Shown here in pieces: positions 59,410 to 64,000 of a stretch of DNA of 64,000 bases (position 1 is its first letter; every line of letters begins with the position of its first letter). The notes under the pieces are model-generated. The model was not told where the DNA came from. It saw only the letters and a program-made list of their open reading frames with translations, and made no database searches. The position numbers and the translations under genes were made by a program. The stretch is from positions 496,001 through 560,000 of the forward strand of contig CBFDEM010000024.1 of NCBI GenBank assembly GCA_965603825.1, written 5' to 3'. The stretch is from Blepharisma stoltei ATCC 30299. Its lineage: Eukaryota > Protista > Ciliophora.

Positions 59410-60720
59410 ATGTATAGAAATGCATTTTTCTTTTTTTCTCTATTTCTGTTTCTCTCTTGATCAAAACTTCTACTCAGCGGCTCATACACATCTCCAGGTA
59501 CTTATCAAATTGATATTTCAAATGACTTAGCCCTTGCCTACATCTATATAGAGCTTTACAATTACTCCCCAGAAATCCCTTTACTTTCTGCTAACATAGG
59601 ATCTTCTTCAGATATTGTCTGAAACCCTACAAATTCCAGCTGAAAATGTGATGCTTCCTATATTGATTGGAATTCTTGGATTTTCAATAAAACTTATAGC
59701 CATCTGCTATTACAGCCTCTTGGGCGCTTATCAAAAGAAAAAACAGCTTATATTACAATAAGTTTCCATTCAAATATGAATATCATGTATAATTTATATG
59801 TCAACTCATATAGTAACATATAGTCAGATAACCCCGTTTGTCCTAACTCTTGCAGCAATAATGGGAAGTGCGACCAGGGGATATGCAAATGTGATGATGG
59901 ATTTGGAGATGACGACTGTAGCGTGACACTTATAGAACTGGAACTAAATAAAGCTTATGGGGTAATCGCAATAAACAAGTATAAATATACAGAAATTGGC
60001 CATGTTAAAGGAGAAGATTTAGAATGCAGATTTTTTAAGTATGATTATGGAAATGTGACTGTTTATTTTAAAAATTCAGGGGATGGGATTAGCAGTTTGC
60101 CGACAGCAAAAGATTATTCAAAATTTTGTGAAGTGAATACTGCTAATCAGGAGACTGTTTGTGAGTATTCACTTGCGAAGTATAATAGCTCTAAATGATA
60201 TATTTCAATGATTTTAAATCAAATTGATTCTAGTGCAATGGTTTCTATTTTATGTAGCACAGAAGAAAAGTCAAGATCGCTATGAACACTACTATGGGTT
60301 TTATTAAGCTTAGGAATCCTTATAATTGCAATTATAATTGCTGTAATTGCCTTTAGAAGACTCAGAAAAAAGAGTCAGGTTGTTCCTATTATAGAGCCAA
60401 GAGTTCCTGATCCTAATGAGAGACAAAAATTAAATGAAAAATTTCCTTGTGTTTCATATGAGGATTTAAAATTAAAAACCGAAGAAAAATGCAGCATCTG
60501 CCAAGAATCGTTCACTAGCTCTTCCATAGTCCGAAAGCTTGAATGCCAACACCTTTTCCATCAACGCTGCATTGATGTTTGGTTCGACACCAGCACATTC
60601 TGCCCTCTCTGCAAAAAAGATTACAAACCTCTCCTAGACCAATACGAAAGAACCCACACTAATGTATCAGGACTTTCCATAAATTTAGATGTCAGCGAAA
60701 GAACTTGGCTTACCCAATAA
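59410..60720 (+). CDS. Signal peptide-EGF-like-TM-RING-H2 E3 ligase
   Basis: CPNSCSNNGKCDQGICKCDDGFGDDDC, a TM helix, and CSICQE...CQHLFHQRCIDVW...CPLC. Intron 59813-59827; five TGA=Trp. Confidence 0.85.
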
Positions 60721-60751
60721 TGTAAAATACCTTTTCTCTATATTAAATAAT

Positions 60752-61435
60752 ATGGAAGATATTTCAATTCTCAAGCAGCAAATAGATGAACAAAAATCAA
60801 TGATGCAAGCCAAAGGCCTTAATTGGACTGGCGTAGATAGCTTATACACTAAAATCTTAGAAATCCGATGTATTGTTGACGATTTTTCTGCAAACGATAA
60901 TATTGAAAAATCTAAATTTTATGAGGATTTAGCTCCACAGCTTGATGAGCTTGAAAATTATGTGATTTTTGAAAAAAGATGTAGCGAGCTAATAGAAAAA
61001 GAAAGAGAAAAAGAAGCAATTGAGCACTTAAAGCAAATGAATGAGCTGAAAGAAAATTATCTGAACTCGATGCTGAGGTTAGAAGATGTAAGCACAAAAT
61101 TAGTGAAATCGAAAAATATTCTGCTGAAAGAAATAGAAAAAAATAAAAGTATCCAAGAAGAAAATGATAAGCTTGGATATTTAATTCTGCAGATAAACCA
61201 AGAAAAGACGAATATTAGCGAAAAATATCAAGCTTTAACCAATAATATTCAAAATAACAGAGAAATAGGTAACGGAAGCAATGGAGATCAGTATGATAGC
61301 TTAAGAGCTGAAAATAATTATTTGAAAGATACTGTTCATGAAAAATCTGAAGAAATAAATAGGCTGAAAGAAAGAAATGCAACTTTAGAAAGTGAGTTAA
61401 AATCATTGAGAAGACAAGAAATGAGGCTTGAATAA
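60752..61435 (+). CDS. Coiled-coil protein
   Basis: ATG at 60752 within the 248-aa ORF. Confidence 0.75.
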   Translation: MEDISILKQQIDEQKSMMQAKGLNWTGVDSLYTKILEIRCIVDDFSANDNIEKSKFYEDLAPQLDELENYVIFEKRCSELIEKEREKEAIEHLKQMNELKENYLNSMLRLEDVSTKLVKSKNILLKEIEKNKSIQEENDKLGYLILQINQEKTNISEKYQALTNNIQNNREIGNGSNGDQYDSLRAENNYLKDTVHEKSEEINRLKERNATLESELKSLRRQEMRLE

Positions 61436-61799
61436 ATTTTGGGCTTATATAACTTTAATAAATTTCTTTTGATAAATGCTATGAAATAGCTTCTCTAAAT
61501 AGAATCTTATAGAGCAATAAACATATCTTGTCGAGAGCAAAGAAGCTGCTATTGATATTTTTAGATAAAGCTCTGCTTTTATAAGCAGAAATTAAACTTA
61601 TTATTCTAATTAAGTCTTGGAATACTGCAAATATAAAAATATTTCGAACTAAATTAATAATTTTCACTCCTCTTTTAGAGGATACAAATAACTCATGGGA
61701 TTTTTTCATTAACAAAGAGTGAAAAAAATATCAAGAAATATGCTGAATTTTCTCGGTATAGCAAAATTCATAAACAAATATAAATAATAAATCAAGGCA

Positions 61800-64000
61800 A
61801 TGCTCTATCTTTTATTAATCATTGAATTTGTATCTAGTTTTACCCCTGACAGGCTGCCAGCAACAAATCCTCCACCAGATGCCCGTGCTTTTGCCTTGAT
61901 GGACAATTTTCCATCCCTTAACCTTATCATGGTTTATGGTGGCTACTCTGATCCTACTAATTCTATTTACGGAGATATATGAACTTTTAATATATCAGCT
62001 GAAACTTGAGAACGGCTGATTCCTTCAGATGGGATTTCTCCTAGTAATTTCTAAGCAGCTGGAAGATATAGTGGCGGCTCTTTTGGTCTTTTATCACAAG
62101 ACTTATATTGTATTTTTGGAGGAATGTCGCTTACAGGACCTATAAACGATCTATGATGCTTTCAAACTAAAGGATTTTTATGGAACCAAATTACTACTTC
62201 TGGAGATGCTCCTACACCAAGAATGAGGTTTGGATATACTTCTTTTTATGACAAAAACAATGTTTTGCAGTTTGTGGTTTTTGGAGGTGTAACTATATCA
62301 GGGGTTGATAGTAATCTTTACATGTAAATTTCATATAGCCTTAACACCTCAACTTGAGTTTGATCTGCAATAGAAGTAGAAGGCGATACTCCTTTAAACT
62401 CTGAAGAGCCATCACTAGTTTACTATAATAAAAAACTTTATACAGCTGGTGGAGGAAATACCTATGCAAAAATTTCACATAATGAGGCATTGCTTTATTT
62501 TGATTTAGAATCAAGCGATAAGAAATGGCACAATATCACGTCTAGTAACACTTATACATATAGAATTTTCAATGGGAGCTTTTTAAAAGGTTCTGAATTA
62601 TATTTGATGATGGGCTATTCAACTGATAGCAAATCTCATGAAAGCAGCTGATATAAAGTTGACTTAGAAGATCCGGACTATGACTGAAAAACAGTTTCCA
62701 TTTCTGAAGATATAAATAGAAATTTAGAAATTGACAGTTACGGCTGAACTCTTATTGAGAACACCTTATATATTTTTGGAGGAGATAAAAATCCACCTTT
62801 AATTAACCAATTAGCAATACTTGATATATCAGTCTCCCCAATAACTTTTTCAGTTTTTGAGAATTACTTATCACCTACCTCCAGAATGTATCATTCACTG
62901 CAGCCAATTGGGCCTAATTTATATTTATTTGGTGGTTTAGGTGATAATGGGAATATTTATAACGATTTTTGAGCTTTTAATGTCATGAAAGAAGAATGAA
63001 GCCTAATAAATTCTCAAGGACAAGTTCCTTCTAAAAGGTACGGATATGCGTCAGCTGTAAACGCTGATATTATGCTTGTATGAGGTGGGTATAGCCAAGA
63101 AGGATATTTAAATGATGGTTATATATATGATATAACTTCAGAAAAATGATATGCTATATCTTACACAGGCACAGCTCCAAGCCCAAGGGTCGGCGCCTGT
63201 GCTGATTTTATAGGCTGATTTATTTATATATACGGCGGACTAACTGAAGGCGGTCTATCAGACGAACTGTGAGCTTATGATGTGACCACAGAAACATATA
63301 GCCTCATTACTAGTAAAAGTGGCCCAGGAGCTCTTTATTTTTCTACCTGCAGCGCTGATATACACAAAGTTTTATGGGTCCTATATGGTGAAAGTGATGA
63401 TGACACCCCAACTAACAAAATTTACGGCTTTGATACAGGAAAAAGTTCATGAATAAAATATAATGATGACACAAGTGATACAACTTATAGCAGAAGCAGG
63501 GCTGCCGTTTTTAAAACTACTGAACAATTTTTAATAGTAGGAGGGGAGTCCTGAGGGTTATATCCAAACACTGAGTTGTTTTATTTTACTACAGAAGCTT
63601 CTCAATTTACTTTGCTGGGAAATCTCGATGATGTATTTTTTGCTCCAGGCTATACTTATTTTCAGAATGATTTTTATATACATGGAGGAGGGACTTCAGC
63701 GACGACTCTTTTAAGGTTCAGTGTCCCTGATAATAAATTTTTAAAGCTTTCAAAGCATTTGTTTTGTCCTGAAAATAGTCCTTGCAATTTCACTTGCAGT
63801 TATGGAACTTATAAAACTGCATCAAACTGCGAAATTTGTCCACAAGGAACGTATTCAGATAAATTTAATTTATATGAGTGCAAAAAATGCCCATCAGGGA
63901 AATATGGACCTCATTATGGGGCGACAAGCTTAGATATGTGCTACCCTTGTTCAGAAAATTTTTATAATGATAAAGAAGGCCAAGAGCGCTGTATTAATTG
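61800..64000 (+). CDS. Secreted/membrane Kelch-repeat protein with Cys-rich (GCC2/GCC3, ephrin-receptor-like) repeats; runs off the window
   Basis: Signal peptide, many YxFGG...W blades, and CPQGTYS/CPSGKY repeats. Introns 62044-62058 and 62324-62338; about 16 TGA=Trp. Confidence 0.85.

Overview
AT-rich, gene-dense eukaryotic DNA, most consistent with the macronuclear genome of a heterotrich ciliate, probably Blepharisma. In-frame TGA is read as Trp: paralogs swap TGA and TGG, and TGA sits at conserved Trp positions. TAA and TAG are stops. Genes carry tiny 15-16 nt GT-AG introns with an A six nt from the 3' end. The supplied ORF track therefore fragments many genes and misses one entirely. 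Re-read this way, the window holds about 40 genes. They include Rab GTPases, importin-alpha, Vps45, a SIZ/PIAS ligase, MetAP1, SRP receptor beta, a USP40-like protease, BLOC1S1, Pam16, a CEP164-like protein, a Ubc7-type E2, Sec62, a PPR protein, a ~2100-aa P4-ATPase-guanylyl cyclase fusion, two O-methyltransferase-fold proteins, a cAR-like GPCR and several surface proteins. Less obvious structure includes a ~2 kb tandem duplication carrying an orphan importin 3' fragment, a TAA-bounded IES-like 266-bp segment, microhomology deletions and an AAA-TGA +1 frame break. There is also a decayed third copy of the Cys-rich surface family, a plant TDM1/SDI1-like TPR-RRM protein and an EGF-TM-RING receptor-type ligase. 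No tRNA, rRNA, CRISPR array or intact mobile element was recognised. All calls are manual; no searches were run.
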